Assembly (NCBI GenBank): GCA_965199345.1
Contig: CBDARA010000002.1
Span: 984,019-1,048,018 of the forward strand
Length of the DNA stretch: 64,000 bases
DNA from: Acetobacteraceae bacterium
GTDB lineage: Bacteria; Pseudomonadota; Alphaproteobacteria; Acetobacterales; Acetobacteraceae
Reading direction: 5' to 3'
The number at the start of each line of letters is the position of its first letter. Position 1 is the stretch's first letter. The position numbers and the translations under genes were made by a program. The notes beneath the pieces were generated by a model. That model searched no databases. It was not told where the DNA came from and worked only from the letters and a program-made list of their open reading frames with translations. Below, piece after piece: positions 47,025 to 57,182 of this stretch.

Positions 47025-48475
47025 GGGATCGCCGTTTCCGCCGATCGGGCCGGCCTGCCGATCGCGGCGAGACGACCGGCGAGAAACTCCGCCTGGTGTC
47101 GGATGTCGGGCACCGCGGTCATCTCCCAGAACGTGCCGCGCGTGACCGGGCCGATCGCGAACAGGCGGCGCGAGATCGCGCCCTCGCGGTCGAGCAGCGC
47201 GCAGTTCGCGGTGACGTCGAGACCGAGCGACAGCGCGTCGGGTCGCACCAGTCCTCTGCTCAGCAGCGAACGGATCAGCCCGTCGCGGATGCGGCCGTAG
47301 TCGGCGTTCGGGCCGGCGCAGTTGATCACCCGACCCGCCACGACGCGCTCGAGCCCGTCCCGGCCGCGCGGCCGGTAGGCGATCGTGACCTGCCGCCCGA
47401 GGATCTCGTAACCGGCGATGTGACCGGCCAGCACGCCGAGCTGGCGGCGGCGTCGCGCGTCGTCGATCCGGTCGGCGACCGGTCCCGAGAGGCGATGGCG
47501 GTGGACGTCCCACCAGGGCCGGACGTGGCGCAGGAACCGTCGCCGCTCGGCGGTCGGCATCGCCTGCCAGATCTCGGTCGTGAACGGGCGAAGCTCGTCG
47601 ATGATCGCCTGCCAGCTGCCGCCCTGGCGCATGTTCTGCGCGCAGCGGGCGCGGAGCGTGCGGGCGAGCGCCGCGGCGCCGGTCGGACATGATGGCGGCT
47701 CCGGCAGCGTGCCGCCCCCGGGGGCCGCGTGCCGGTTCGGCAGCAGACCGCGACGGGAGAGTGCCACGATCGGACCCTGGTGGTTCCCATCGAGCAGCGA
47801 AATCACGGTGTCGACCATCGTCAGGCCGGTTCCGATCAACAGCACCGGCGTGTCGGGATCGAGACCGTCGAGCGCGTCGGCCGCCCAGGGATCGGGCTTG
47901 TAGAAGGCCGTGTCGTAGAAGCGGCGATCCTCGATCGGTGGCGGTGCCGGCGGGAAGTTGCCGACCGCGAGCACGGCGCGGTCGGCACGCAGCGCGCGTC
48001 CGCGATCGAGCGACAGGCACAACCCTCGCGCATCCGGCGAGATATCGATCACGTCACCGCGCACCAGCGTCAGGCGGTCGAGCGTGTCGCCCCTGATCTC
48101 CGCGTGCAGGAGGTGGCGCACGTAGCGGCCGAACATGTGACGCGGCACGAAGGTGTCGCCGCACGGCGGTTCGGCGTCCGCATTCGCGCGCAACCAGTCG
48201 AGAAAATGCAGCGGCTCGCCATGGAAGGCGCTCATCTTGGCCGCCGGTACGTTCAGCAGGTGCGACGAGTTGCCGGCCGCGTAGGCGGGGCCGCGGCCGA
48301 ATTGCGCATTCCGCTCGATCAGCACGACCCTGACCTGCATGTCCGCTCGCCGCAGCAGATGGAGCGCGAGCAACGTGCCGCTGAAGCCCGCGCCCACGAT
48401 CGCCACCGTCTGTCGGCCGTCCGTGTCGAGCGGGACGAGTTCGGCCGCGGCGTCGGGCCCGAGTGTGTCCGGCAT
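47003..48475 (-). CDS. FAD/NAD(P)-binding domain protein
   Basis: 490 aa. N-terminal dinucleotide fold (VAIVGAGFSGTLLALHLL) and a second fold (VLLIGTGLTMVD). Confidence 0.8.
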   Translation of the reverse strand: MPDTLGPDAAAELVPLDTDGRQTVAIVGAGFSGTLLALHLLRRADMQVRVVLIERNAQFGRGPAYAAGNSSHLLNVPAAKMSAFHGEPLHFLDWLRANADAEPPCGDTFVPRHMFGRYVRHLLHAEIRGDTLDRLTLVRGDVIDISPDARGLCLSLDRGRALRADRAVLAVGNFPPAPPPIEDRRFYDTAFYKPDPWAADALDGLDPDTPVLLIGTGLTMVDTVISLLDGNHQGPIVALSRRGLLPNRHAAPGGGTLPEPPSCPTGAAALARTLRARCAQNMRQGGSWQAIIDELRPFTTEIWQAMPTAERRRFLRHVRPWWDVHRHRLSGPVADRIDDARRRRQLGVLAGHIAGYEILGRQVTIAYRPRGRDGLERVVAGRVINCAGPNADYGRIRDGLIRSLLSRGLVRPDALSLGLDVTANCALLDREGAISRRLFAIGPVTRGTFWEMTAVPDIRHQAEFLAGRLAAIGRPARSAETAIPMRARVA

Positions 48476-48578
48476 GGTCGGTCAGGTCCTGGCGTGGAAG
48501 TCTGGCAACGCCCTAGCCTAAACGGAGGGGGCGGGGGCCGGAAGCGGGATCTCCCCCGCATGACCGAGGAGGTGCGCG

Positions 48579-49973
48579 TTGCCGTCAGCCGAGCCGAAGA
48601 AGCTGCACGTGAACCTGTTCGAGATGGGTTGCGTCGGGCACATCGTGCACGGGCTTTGGCGGGCACCGGGAAACCTCCGTCATCGCTACGCCGAGCCGGC
48701 GTTCTGGACGGAGCTCGCCGGGCTGGCGGAAGCGGGCGCGCTGGACGCGATCTTCCTCGCCGACGTGATCGGCGCCTACGACCGGTTCGGCGACGGCCTC
48801 GCGCCGGCCCTGCGGCAGGCGGTGCAGATCCCGAACCTCGATCCCCTGCTGCTGGTGCCGCTGATGGCGGCGACGACGCGCGGCATCGGCTTCGGGGTCA
48901 CGTTCTCGACCACCTACGAACCGCCCTTCGCGTTCGCACGCCGCATGTCGACGCTCGACCACCTGACGCGAGGCCGCATCGGCTGGAACATCGTCACGTC
49001 CTATCTGCCGAACGCCGCGCGGAATTTCGGCCACCAGGGGGAAGTGCCGCATGCCGAACGCTACGCGCGTGCCGAGGAATATCTGGACGTGCTCTACAAG
49101 CTCTGGGAAGGGTCGTGGAATGACGGCGCCGTTCGACGCGACCACGCGGCCGGCCTCTACACCGATCCCTCATCCGTGCGCCCGATCGATCATCACGGCA
49201 CGTTCTTCGACGTCGCCGGGCCGCACCTCGTCGAGCCCTCGCCGCAGCGGACGCCCGTGCTGTTCCAGGCGTCCGCGTCCGAGACGGGCCTGGGCCTCGC
49301 CGCGCGTCACGCCGAACTGGTGTTCATCGGCGGCCAGACGCAGGACGACGTGCGGCGCAACATCTCGGCAACGCGACACGCCGCGCGCGAGGCGGGGCGC
49401 GATCCTGCCGGTCTGAAATTCATCGTCATGGCCGGCATCGTCACCGCACGCACCGACGGGTTGGCGCAGCGGAAGCTCGACTCCTATCGCAGGTTCTACA
49501 GCATCGAAGGGGCGCTGGTGCATGCGCAGGCCGAGATCGACCTGCGGGCCTGCGCGCCCGACGAGACGATCGAGGCGGCACTTCGACGCACCGGACGCGG
49601 CTTCGGCAACATGGGACGCCGGTTCCGCCCCGACCAGACGGTCGCGAGCGCGCTCGACCAGATCGGCCGCTTCGACGAGGAGCGCTTCTTCGTGTGCGGT
49701 ACGCCGCCGCAGGTGGTCGACCAGATCGAGACCTGGCTCGACGAGGACGGCATCGACGGCATCAATCTCCGCCAATACATGTCGTTCGAGACGCTGACGG
49801 ATTTCGTCGAGCTGGTGGTGCCGGAACTTCGTCGGCGTGGCCGGTTCCGCGAGGCCTACGCGCCCGGCGAGACGCTGCGCGAGCGCTTCTTCGGGCCGGG
49901 CGGGCCGATTTTGCCGGCGGACCATCCCGCCGCGTCGCGGCGGCATGGGGGAGCGGCCAGGGTTCTGCCCTAG
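48579..49973 (+). CDS. LLM-class flavin-dependent monooxygenase (NtaA/SnaA/DszA family)
   Basis: 464 aa from TTG 48579 (RBS GAGGAGG). LHVNLFEMGCVGHIVHGLWRAPG...GWNIVTSY... is typical of the family. Confidence 0.88.
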   Translation: MPSAEPKKLHVNLFEMGCVGHIVHGLWRAPGNLRHRYAEPAFWTELAGLAEAGALDAIFLADVIGAYDRFGDGLAPALRQAVQIPNLDPLLLVPLMAATTRGIGFGVTFSTTYEPPFAFARRMSTLDHLTRGRIGWNIVTSYLPNAARNFGHQGEVPHAERYARAEEYLDVLYKLWEGSWNDGAVRRDHAAGLYTDPSSVRPIDHHGTFFDVAGPHLVEPSPQRTPVLFQASASETGLGLAARHAELVFIGGQTQDDVRRNISATRHAAREAGRDPAGLKFIVMAGIVTARTDGLAQRKLDSYRRFYSIEGALVHAQAEIDLRACAPDETIEAALRRTGRGFGNMGRRFRPDQTVASALDQIGRFDEERFFVCGTPPQVVDQIETWLDEDGIDGINLRQYMSFETLTDFVELVVPELRRRGRFREAYAPGETLRERFFGPGGPILPADHPAASRRHGGAARVLP

Positions 49974-50007
49974 ACAGGCTCCGGCCGCGCGGGCGCGAAC
50001 GACACCG

Positions 50008-51312
50008 TCAGGGGGCGTTCCGGGCCGCTGACACGGCTTCGCGGCGCATCGGAGCGCCGGAGCGTGGCCGGTCCGATCGCTCGACGATCCGGTCGGCCAG
50101 GAAGGCGGCGTCGCGGGCTACGCCGGAGAACCGTCCCGAGCCCCAGCTGTGCAGCCAGGGCAGGCCCAGGAACATCAGCCCGTCCATGTCGGGAGACACG
50201 CCCCGGCTGTGCGCGGGCCGTCCGCTCGCGTCGAGCGGCAGGCCCTCGATCCAGCTCATGTCCATGGCGAAGCCGGTGGCCCAGATCACCGTGCGGATCC
50301 TGGCCGCCTCGAGATCGAGCACGGTGTCGTGGTCCGCGGGCGGCGTCCACACCGGACGATAAGGCGCCTCGGCGGGTGCCGCGACGCCGTTCTCCGCGAT
50401 CCAGCGATCGATCGAGCGCTTGATCGCCTCGTTGGCGGCGTCCGCCCGGTCGAGATTTCCAGCGAGATCGGGCGCGAAATGCAGGCGATTGCCGTCGAGC
50501 GACAGCATGCGGCCGTGAAGATGCATGCCGGCCGCCGCATGCGCGCGCAGATCGATGTCGCGGCCGCCGTCGCGTCCGGTCACGTAGTGGTTGGTGTTGT
50601 CGCGCACGCCGAGGCCGAGCGGATGCTGCTCGACCGGGAGATCGTAGAACTTCATCAGGTCGAGCCAGGCGACGACGTCGCGGCCGCGATAGAAGCGCGA
50701 CACGCGCGGCGCGCGACCGACCGCGAGATGGACATCGCGGCCGCCGAGCAGGAGATCCTCGGCGATCTGCGCGCCCGACTGGCCGCTGCCGACCACCAGG
50801 ATCCCGCCATCGCGGATCTCGCGCGGGTTCCGATATCGGAACGGATTGATCTGTTCGATGTCGGGCGGCAATTCCGCCGCGATCGCCGGCAGGCGCGGCC
50901 GGTGATAGCCGCCGGTGGCAACGACGACGCACCCGGCGCGGATCGTGCCGGATTCGGTGCGGACGTCGAAACGGCCTTCGACCTGCCGCACGCCGGTGAC
51001 CTCGACCCCCGTCACCAGGGGAGCGCCGAACGAGCCGGCATAGTCCGACACGTAGCGGACGATCTCGTCGCGACGCATGAAGCCGTCCGGATCCGATCCG
51101 GCATAGGGGAACCCGGGCAGGCGGCACTGCCAGTTGGGCGTGACGAGGCAGAAACTGTCCCAGCGCTCCCGGTGCCACGCATGGCCTGGTGCGTGCCGCT
51201 CCACCACGACATGCGGGATGCCGCGATCGACCAGATGCCAGCTCATCGAAAGGCCAGCTTGGCCGCCGCCGATGACGACGATGTCGGTCGCGTCTGGAAG
51301 GCTCTGGTTCAT
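50008..51312 (-). CDS. flavin-dependent oxidoreductase, MSMEG_0569-like (Nit1C cassette)
   Basis: 434 aa. Motifs DIVVIGGGQAGLS and VVGSGQSGAQIAEDL. Position and context match the Nit1C cassette. Confidence 0.82.
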   Translation of the reverse strand: MNQSLPDATDIVVIGGGQAGLSMSWHLVDRGIPHVVVERHAPGHAWHRERWDSFCLVTPNWQCRLPGFPYAGSDPDGFMRRDEIVRYVSDYAGSFGAPLVTGVEVTGVRQVEGRFDVRTESGTIRAGCVVVATGGYHRPRLPAIAAELPPDIEQINPFRYRNPREIRDGGILVVGSGQSGAQIAEDLLLGGRDVHLAVGRAPRVSRFYRGRDVVAWLDLMKFYDLPVEQHPLGLGVRDNTNHYVTGRDGGRDIDLRAHAAAGMHLHGRMLSLDGNRLHFAPDLAGNLDRADAANEAIKRSIDRWIAENGVAAPAEAPYRPVWTPPADHDTVLDLEAARIRTVIWATGFAMDMSWIEGLPLDASGRPAHSRGVSPDMDGLMFLGLPWLHSWGSGRFSGVARDAAFLADRIVERSDRPRSGAPMRREAVSAARNAP

Positions 51313-51605
51313 GATCGGTCCCGCTCGAAGGCGACGACGGTGACGCGTCCGGGGTCGTCGGCGCCGAACGCCCCCGCGCGGCGTCGGATCGCGTCCGACT
51401 GCGTTCGCGCCCGCGCGCAGGGCGTGCCGTATTTCGCCGCCACGCGATCGCTCGCGATCGCCAGCGCCGCGGTCGCTCGCGCGACGAAGTCGGCGACCTC
51501 GTAGGTGGCGCCCTCGTCGAGATGGTCCGCGATGACGAGCGACGGAGAATAGCAGACCATGTCGGCGCCATCCGGCCAGCGCACGCGAAAATGCATCTCA
51601 GGCAT
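51309..51605 (-). CDS. MSMEG_0570-like small protein (Nit1C cassette)
   Basis: 98 aa from ATG 51605 (MPEMHFRVRWPDGADMVCYSPSLVI...). Overlaps both neighbouring genes. Confidence 0.72.
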   Translation of the reverse strand: MPEMHFRVRWPDGADMVCYSPSLVIADHLDEGATYEVADFVARATAALAIASDRVAAKYGTPCARARTQSDAIRRRAGAFGADDPGRVTVVAFERDRS

Positions 51606-52737
51606 GATGACGCTCACCCGCGTAGAGTTCGAGATGACGGTGCGCGACCGCCGACCAATCGAACCGTGCGGCCACCGCGTCACCGGACGCGCCGTAGCGT
51701 GCCGCGCACGGTGCCGAGACGGCGTCCCGCATCGCCGTCGCGATCGACCCGACATCGTCGGGATCTGCCCAAAGACAATCGTCGACGTCGAAATGCTCGG
51801 TGAACGGCGGGATCGCCGACACGATCACCGGACGCCCGCTCGCCATCGCCTCGAGCGGACACAGGCCGAAGCCTTCCGCGCGCGACGGGAACACGAGCGC
51901 ATCGGCGAGCCGGTAAAGCGCCGGCATGTCGTCGTCGTCCACCACGCCGGCCCGGATCACCGCCGCCGCCGCCGTGCTGGCCGAGAGCATGCGCTCGAAG
52001 GCGGCGCGCGCCGGCGCGTGGTCGAGCAGGCTCGCGCCGCCGGCAATCACCAGCCGGGCGGAAGGCCGCTCGGCGTGGATGCGGATGAAGGCGTCGAGGA
52101 TGGCGACGCTGTTCTTGCGATGCTCGATGCCGCCGATCGAGAGAAAGATCGGACCTGCCGCGGCGGCGAGGCCGAGGCGTGCCGCCAGCGCTGCGTCACG
52201 GGCATCGGCGTGCGGGCTGAAGCGCGTCCGGTCGACGCCGTTGCCGACGATGTCGGCCTCGGCGCCGTGTCGCTCGCGGAGGATGGTGCGCCAGAGCCGG
52301 CTGACGCAGAAGAGGCGCGACGCGTCGGCGATGCCGGCCCGCTGCCAGGCATCGAGTTGCGGATCGCCATGGGTGTCGACGTGATGGACGGTGCGGACGA
52401 AGCCCGCGATGCGCCCGCGCGCCCGGAGGCGGGACAGGGCGTTGGCGGAGATCGGGTCCTGCGCGTGCCAGACATCGAAGCAGTCCGCGTCCCGCGACGC
52501 GAAGGCACCGGCGATCGCCTCGATCCGGTGCGCGACATCCTCGGCAAGGTCGCGGCCTCGCGTCACGCCGACGATCCGTCGGCTGGCAGGACCGTCGCGA
52601 AAGAAGGCGCTGCCCTCCCGACCGGGCGCGATCACGGTGGCGTCATGGCCGAGCGCCGCGAGGCGATCGGCGAGTTCGACCGCGTGCACGACGCCGCCGC
52701 GCGGGATGGTGGAATGGGTGAAAATGCCGATCCGCAC
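51598..52737 (-). CDS. GT4 glycosyltransferase, MSMEG_0565-like (Nit1C cassette)
   Basis: 379 aa. Starts MRIGIFTHSTIPRGGVVH and contains the E-x7-E region (FPSRAEGFGLCPLEAMASG). Confidence 0.85.
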   Translation of the reverse strand: MRIGIFTHSTIPRGGVVHAVELADRLAALGHDATVIAPGREGSAFFRDGPASRRIVGVTRGRDLAEDVAHRIEAIAGAFASRDADCFDVWHAQDPISANALSRLRARGRIAGFVRTVHHVDTHGDPQLDAWQRAGIADASRLFCVSRLWRTILRERHGAEADIVGNGVDRTRFSPHADARDAALAARLGLAAAAGPIFLSIGGIEHRKNSVAILDAFIRIHAERPSARLVIAGGASLLDHAPARAAFERMLSASTAAAAVIRAGVVDDDDMPALYRLADALVFPSRAEGFGLCPLEAMASGRPVIVSAIPPFTEHFDVDDCLWADPDDVGSIATAMRDAVSAPCAARYGASGDAVAARFDWSAVAHRHLELYAGERHHA

Positions 52738-52747
52738 GCGAGTTCGC

Positions 52748-53722
52748 TCAGCCGAGCAGCGCGTGGCGGGAAAGGTCGCGGATCGTGACGTCGCCGAGCG
52801 CGGGCGAGCCGAGCCGCACCTGTCGCGAGGCGTCGCAGCGCCCGATCGCCGCCGCCGCGATGCCGCGGGCGGCGAAGCGCGCGACCACGGTCGCCGTGTC
52901 CGCCGGCGCGGTCGCGAGCAGGAAGCCGTAGCTTGGAAAGGCGGTGAGCCAGAGCGCGAGGTCGATGCCGTCCGGCCGCGGCACTGCCAGTGGGTCGATC
53001 GTGCAGCCGATCCCGGACGCGTCGGCCAGCATCGCCGCGGTGCCGATCAGCCCACCCATGCTGATGTCCTTCGCGACCCGGCAGAGGCCCTCCTCGGCGA
53101 GCGCGGGCAGCAGCGCGAGGTCGCCGCGCAGGCGTTCGGCCTCGCCGTCGCTTGCGGCGGCCGAACTCGCGTCCCACCACGGGCTCGGCAGCCGCATGGT
53201 GCCGCGGAGGTCGATCGCGGCGACCAGATCGTGCCCGGGGCGTGCATCGAACGAGGTGAGCAGCGCGCGGGCGCGGCCGAGGATGGCGACCGCGAACTGG
53301 CTGCCGGAGGCGTTCCGGGTGTTGGTGTGTCCGCCGGCGACCGGGATGCCGTAGGTCTCGGCGGCCGCGCGCAGCCCGTCGAGCAGCGAGGCGGCGGCGG
53401 CGTCCCCGTCGGTCCAGACCGCGTCGACGATCGCGATCGCGCGGCCGCCCATGGCGGCGACGTCGCTCGCATTGACCATCACGCCGCACCAGCCGGCGAA
53501 GAATGGGTCGGCCGCGACGAACTCGTTGAGGAAGCCCTCGATCGCGAACAGCAGGTGACCGTCGCCGTCCGGGATCGCGGCGCAGTCGTCGCCCGCGTCG
53601 CGCGACGCGAGATCGAGGCCGAGCCGCTGCAACACGGGTCCGATGTCGCCCTTGTGCGCGAGACCGCGACCGGCGCGGAGCGTGTCGGCGAGGTTTTCGA
53701 GACCGGCGGCGTCGAGCGGCAT
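52748..53722 (-). CDS. AIR-synthase (PurM)-related protein, Sll0787-like (Nit1C cassette)
   Basis: 324 aa from ATG 53722. PurM-like motifs (GDDCAAIPDG, VNASDVAAMGG, VAGGHTN, KDISMGGLIGT). Confidence 0.8.
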   Translation of the reverse strand: MPLDAAGLENLADTLRAGRGLAHKGDIGPVLQRLGLDLASRDAGDDCAAIPDGDGHLLFAIEGFLNEFVAADPFFAGWCGVMVNASDVAAMGGRAIAIVDAVWTDGDAAAASLLDGLRAAAETYGIPVAGGHTNTRNASGSQFAVAILGRARALLTSFDARPGHDLVAAIDLRGTMRLPSPWWDASSAAASDGEAERLRGDLALLPALAEEGLCRVAKDISMGGLIGTAAMLADASGIGCTIDPLAVPRPDGIDLALWLTAFPSYGFLLATAPADTATVVARFAARGIAAAAIGRCDASRQVRLGSPALGDVTIRDLSRHALLG

Positions 53723-54303
53723 CAGGACGAAAGCCGCGCGCGCGCGGCGCCGGCGCGATCGTGCGCGACGGGTGCGATGTGGAGGATGTCGGGCCCGGCG
53801 AGCGGCGGGTAGAAGGCGAGGTCGGCCTCCATGCGCGCGTGCGGGCGACCGTGCAGGGTCGCCTCGCCGAGGACGCGCCAGTGCAGGTGCTCGAACATCG
53901 CCACGTTCTGGACCTGCACATGCGCGTGGAAACGGCTGCAGCCTTCGGCGGCGGCGGTCGACACCGCGAACCGGATCAGCTCGGCGCCGATGCGTCCGGC
54001 GCCGCGCATCGCGCGCGAGACGCAGAGCCGCGAGCCCCACCAATGCCCTTCGGCCGCCTCGTGGATCCGCACCGCGCCGACCACCGCGTCACCCTGGCCG
54101 AGCAGGCACGACACCGCGACGATCGGGATGGCGGTGCCGTCATCGAGCGCGTCCCGGTCGCTCGCTGCGAAGACCTGCTGTTCGACGCAGAAGGCTTCCC
54201 GGCGGCACCGATGGTGGCCGAGCACCTCGTAGGGGAGCGTCGCGCGCCGGATGCGGAATTCGGACGGTCGGAACTCCCGTGGCGCGTCCTGCCAGAGGTT
54301 CAT
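53722..54303 (-). CDS. GNAT N-acetyltransferase, MSMEG_0567/Sll0786-like (Nit1C cassette)
   Basis: 193 aa from ATG 54303. GNAT-like core (VGAVRIHE...WWGSRLCVSRAMRGAGRIGAELIRFAV). Confidence 0.8.
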   Translation of the reverse strand: MNLWQDAPREFRPSEFRIRRATLPYEVLGHHRCRREAFCVEQQVFAASDRDALDDGTAIPIVAVSCLLGQGDAVVGAVRIHEAAEGHWWGSRLCVSRAMRGAGRIGAELIRFAVSTAAAEGCSRFHAHVQVQNVAMFEHLHWRVLGEATLHGRPHARMEADLAFYPPLAGPDILHIAPVAHDRAGAARARLSS

Positions 54304-55433
54304 GCGGCCTGCTCGGCGCGCTCGTAGGCCGACAGCGTCGAGCAGGCGCCGCAGCGGCCGCAGCCCGCCTTGGCCCGGTCGGCGGTGAGCTCCGCTTGCC
54401 GCAGCATCGCGCCGAGCGGCGCCAGCACGCGACGCATGAAGGCGGCGTCCGGCGATGGGTGCTGCTCGAGCGGCGTGCCGGAGATCGGCACGAACGGCAC
54501 GACGAACGGGTAGACGCCGAGCCCGATCAGCGTGCGCGACAGATCGAGGATCTCGTCCTCGGTGTCGCCGAGCCCGGCGAGGATGTAGGTGCTGACCTGC
54601 CCGCGGCCGAACACGGCGACGGCGTCGGCGAAGGCGTCGAGATAGCGTGCGACCGGAACGTTGGCCTTGCCCGGCATGATGCTCCGGCGCACCCGGTCGG
54701 TCGCCGCCTCGAGATGCATGCCGAGCGTGTCGACGCCGGCGTCGCGAAGCCGCCGGAACCAGGCGTGATCGCGAGGCGGTTCGCATTGCGCCTGGATCGG
54801 CAGCGGAACCGCCGACTTCACCGCGAACGCGCTTTCCGCCAGCACGGCGGCGCCGCGATCGGTCGTGTTGGGGGTGCCGGTCGTCATGACCATGTGGCGC
54901 ACGCCATCAAGCAGCATCGCGGCGCGCGCGACCTCGGCGAGCTGCTCGGGGCTCTTGCGGGCGATGGTGCGGCCGGCGGCGAGACTCTGCCCGATGGCGC
55001 AGAACTGGCATGCGGTGCGGCTGTCGCGCATGCGCACGCACTCCTGCAGCACGGTGGTCGCGAGCACGTCGCGACCGTGCAGCAGCGCGATCTTCCAGTA
55101 GGGCACGCCGTCGAGGGTGGAGAGCGCGTAGAATCGCGGCGCCTGCGGGAACACGATGCGGCCGACCGTCTCGCCGTCGCGCTCGAGCGTGCTCGCTCCG
55201 TTTCCGTCGGGCGGCGCCGCGGCGAACGGCGAGTGCCGCGCGTTCGCGGTGTGGATCGGGACCATGATCGTCTGGCCCGCCACCGTCACGGCGCGATGAT
55301 CCGACGGACCCGCGCCGCCCCGCCTCCCGCCGCGCGCGGCATCGTCAGTCAGCCGCATCCCGAGCGATTGCAGCTCCGTGATCAGCGTTCGGCTCGACAG
55401 CGGTAGCGATGCGGGGAGGGTCATCGAGTGCAA
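54300..55433 (-). CDS. radical-SAM-family protein, MSMEG_0568-like (Nit1C cassette)
   Basis: 377 aa. N-terminal [12 protein letters not shown]. Cys cluster [16 protein letters not shown]-terminal GCGRCGAC. The TIM-barrel-like middle and the context support the call. Confidence 0.78.
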   Translation of the reverse strand: MHSMTLPASLPLSSRTLITELQSLGMRLTDDAARGGRRGGAGPSDHRAVTVAGQTIMVPIHTANARHSPFAAAPPDGNGASTLERDGETVGRIVFPQAPRFYALSTLDGVPYWKIALLHGRDVLATTVLQECVRMRDSRTACQFCAIGQSLAAGRTIARKSPEQLAEVARAAMLLDGVRHMVMTTGTPNTTDRGAAVLAESAFAVKSAVPLPIQAQCEPPRDHAWFRRLRDAGVDTLGMHLEAATDRVRRSIMPGKANVPVARYLDAFADAVAVFGRGQVSTYILAGLGDTEDEILDLSRTLIGLGVYPFVVPFVPISGTPLEQHPSPDAAFMRRVLAPLGAMLRQAELTADRAKAGCGRCGACSTLSAYERAEQAA

Positions 55434-56394
55434 TTCCCGTGGGCTTGGCGCGCGTCCAGACCGTTCGGGCCGGCTGCGCGTCGTGCAGGAGGGACAGGAG
55501 TTCGGGTCGCGCGTAATGGCCGACGCTGTCCATCATGCGTTTGCGCTTGGTCACGAGGTCGAGGTCGAGATCGGCGATGACGCTGCCTTCGCCCTCGGTG
55601 ACCGGCGTGCCGAGGATCTGTCCTTCCGGCGAGACGATGGCGGTGAACGAGCCGCCGCGCAGCGCCCGGGTGAGCGCCGGACGGTCGCGATCGGAGAAGT
55701 CGCGCGCGAGTTCCGTGACCTGCTCGTCGTGCAGCCAGCCGGTCGCGTTGACGACGAAGCAGCCGGCCTCGAGCGCATGGTGACGGAGGGTCACCTCCAT
55801 CTGATCGGCGAAGATCTGCCCGACCAGCGATCCCGGGAACTGCGCGCAATGGATCTCCTCGTGCTGCGCCATCAGGGCGTAGCGGGCGAGGGGATTGTAG
55901 TGCTCCCAGCAGGCGAGCGCGCCGACGCGGCCGCAGGCGGTCTCGACGACCTTCAGCCCGGCGCCGTCGCCCTGACCCCAGATCATCCGCTCGTGGTAGG
56001 TCGGCGTGATCTTGCGACGCTTCAGGCACAGCGTGCCGTCGGCATCGAACACCAGCTGGGTGTTGTAGAGCGACCCGTGGTCGCGCTCGTTGACGCCGAG
56101 CACGACCACCATGCCGTGACGCCGGGCCGCCTCGGACACGGCGTCGGTGACCGGACCGGGCACGCTCGGCGCGTTCTCGTAGAGGCGGAGATGTTCCGCG
56201 CCGATCGAGGCGGGCGGCCGGACGAAGGCGAAGTAGGGATAATAGGGAACGAACGTTTCCGGGAACACGGCGAGCTCGACACCTTGCGAGGCGAGATCGC
56301 CGAGGGTCGCGAGAACCTTCGCGACCGTGCCGGTCGCGTCGGTCAGCACGGGGCAGAGCTGCACCGCGGCGGCGCGGACCGTCCGTCCCGCCAT
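55345..56394 (-). CDS. nitrilase (Nit1C / Sll0784-type)
   Basis: 349 aa. Catalytic Glu-Lys-Cys triad ([26 protein letters not shown]). Confidence 0.9.
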   Translation of the reverse strand: MAGRTVRAAAVQLCPVLTDATGTVAKVLATLGDLASQGVELAVFPETFVPYYPYFAFVRPPASIGAEHLRLYENAPSVPGPVTDAVSEAARRHGMVVVLGVNERDHGSLYNTQLVFDADGTLCLKRRKITPTYHERMIWGQGDGAGLKVVETACGRVGALACWEHYNPLARYALMAQHEEIHCAQFPGSLVGQIFADQMEVTLRHHALEAGCFVVNATGWLHDEQVTELARDFSDRDRPALTRALRGGSFTAIVSPEGQILGTPVTEGEGSVIADLDLDLVTKRKRMMDSVGHYARPELLSLLHDAQPARTVWTRAKPTGIALDDPPRIATAVEPNADHGAAIARDAAD

Positions 56395-56397
56395 CGG

Positions 56398-56880
56398 TCA
56401 GACCGTCCAGCTGTCCAGCACGAAGGCATTGTCGCGCTTGTGCAGCAGGATGCAGTCGAGGACGTCGAGCGGATTGATCGGCTTGATCCCCTCCATGAGC
56501 GACGGCTCGCCATGGCCGTAGAGGGCCTGCAGCGAGAAGCGGCAGGCATAGACCTTGCCACCCTCCTCCATGAATTTCCGGATCTGGTTGTTGAAGTTCT
56601 GATGCCCCGGAAACGCCTCGTCGCCGAGACGCGGGAAGCCCCGCAACACGCCGAGCGTCACGCCGGGACCGTAGAGAAGGATGCTCGTTTCGAACCCTTT
56701 TCGCTGCAACCGGGTTGCCTGCAGCAGGTTCACGAGGCCGATCGAGCCTTCGAAGGCGACGGTGTGGAAGGTGACGAGCGCCTTCTGGCCGGGCTCGGCC
56801 TTGACGTCCTCGAAGACCTTTTCTTCGTAGTCGACGAGGGCGTCGCCGACCTTGTGCTTGGGATATTCGACCGGCGGCAT
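56398..56880 (-). CDS. Sll0783/MSMEG_0572-like nitrogen-starvation-response protein (first gene of the Nit1C cassette)
   Basis: 160 aa from ATG 56880 (RBS GGAG). [13 protein letters not shown]...[18 protein letters not shown]...[16 protein letters not shown]. Confidence 0.8.
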   Translation of the reverse strand: MPPVEYPKHKVGDALVDYEEKVFEDVKAEPGQKALVTFHTVAFEGSIGLVNLLQATRLQRKGFETSILLYGPGVTLGVLRGFPRLGDEAFPGHQNFNNQIRKFMEEGGKVYACRFSLQALYGHGEPSLMEGIKPINPLDVLDCILLHKRDNAFVLDSWTV

Positions 56881-57182
56881 CGCGTCACTCCGGTTTTGCG
56901 CTGTTCGGCGTTGACGGGCGGATTGCCCGGACACGCGATCTTGGCGCTTTCGGCGCCAGTGCCTCAAGGCCAACAATGACAGCCGGCATCGTGCGGAGCC
57001 GATGCGCACGATCCGGACGCTTATGGCCAAATACCAGACATCCGAGCAGCGTGGCGACCAGATCCTTGCGCTATGCCTTAGACACAGGCGGTTCATGCAC
57101 GCGAAACGTGCATCCGCCCGGGAACACGCGAACTCGGCGCTCGAAGGCTTGATATCACAAAACCGTGTGCTTACAATCGCGA

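Noticed and set aside
56881-57182. A sigma-54 promoter (TGGCAC-N5-TTGC) in front of the Nit1C cassette.
   Set aside because: I scanned both strands by eye. The nearest candidate (AGGCAC-TGGCG-CCGA on the minus strand) lacks the -12 TTGC element.
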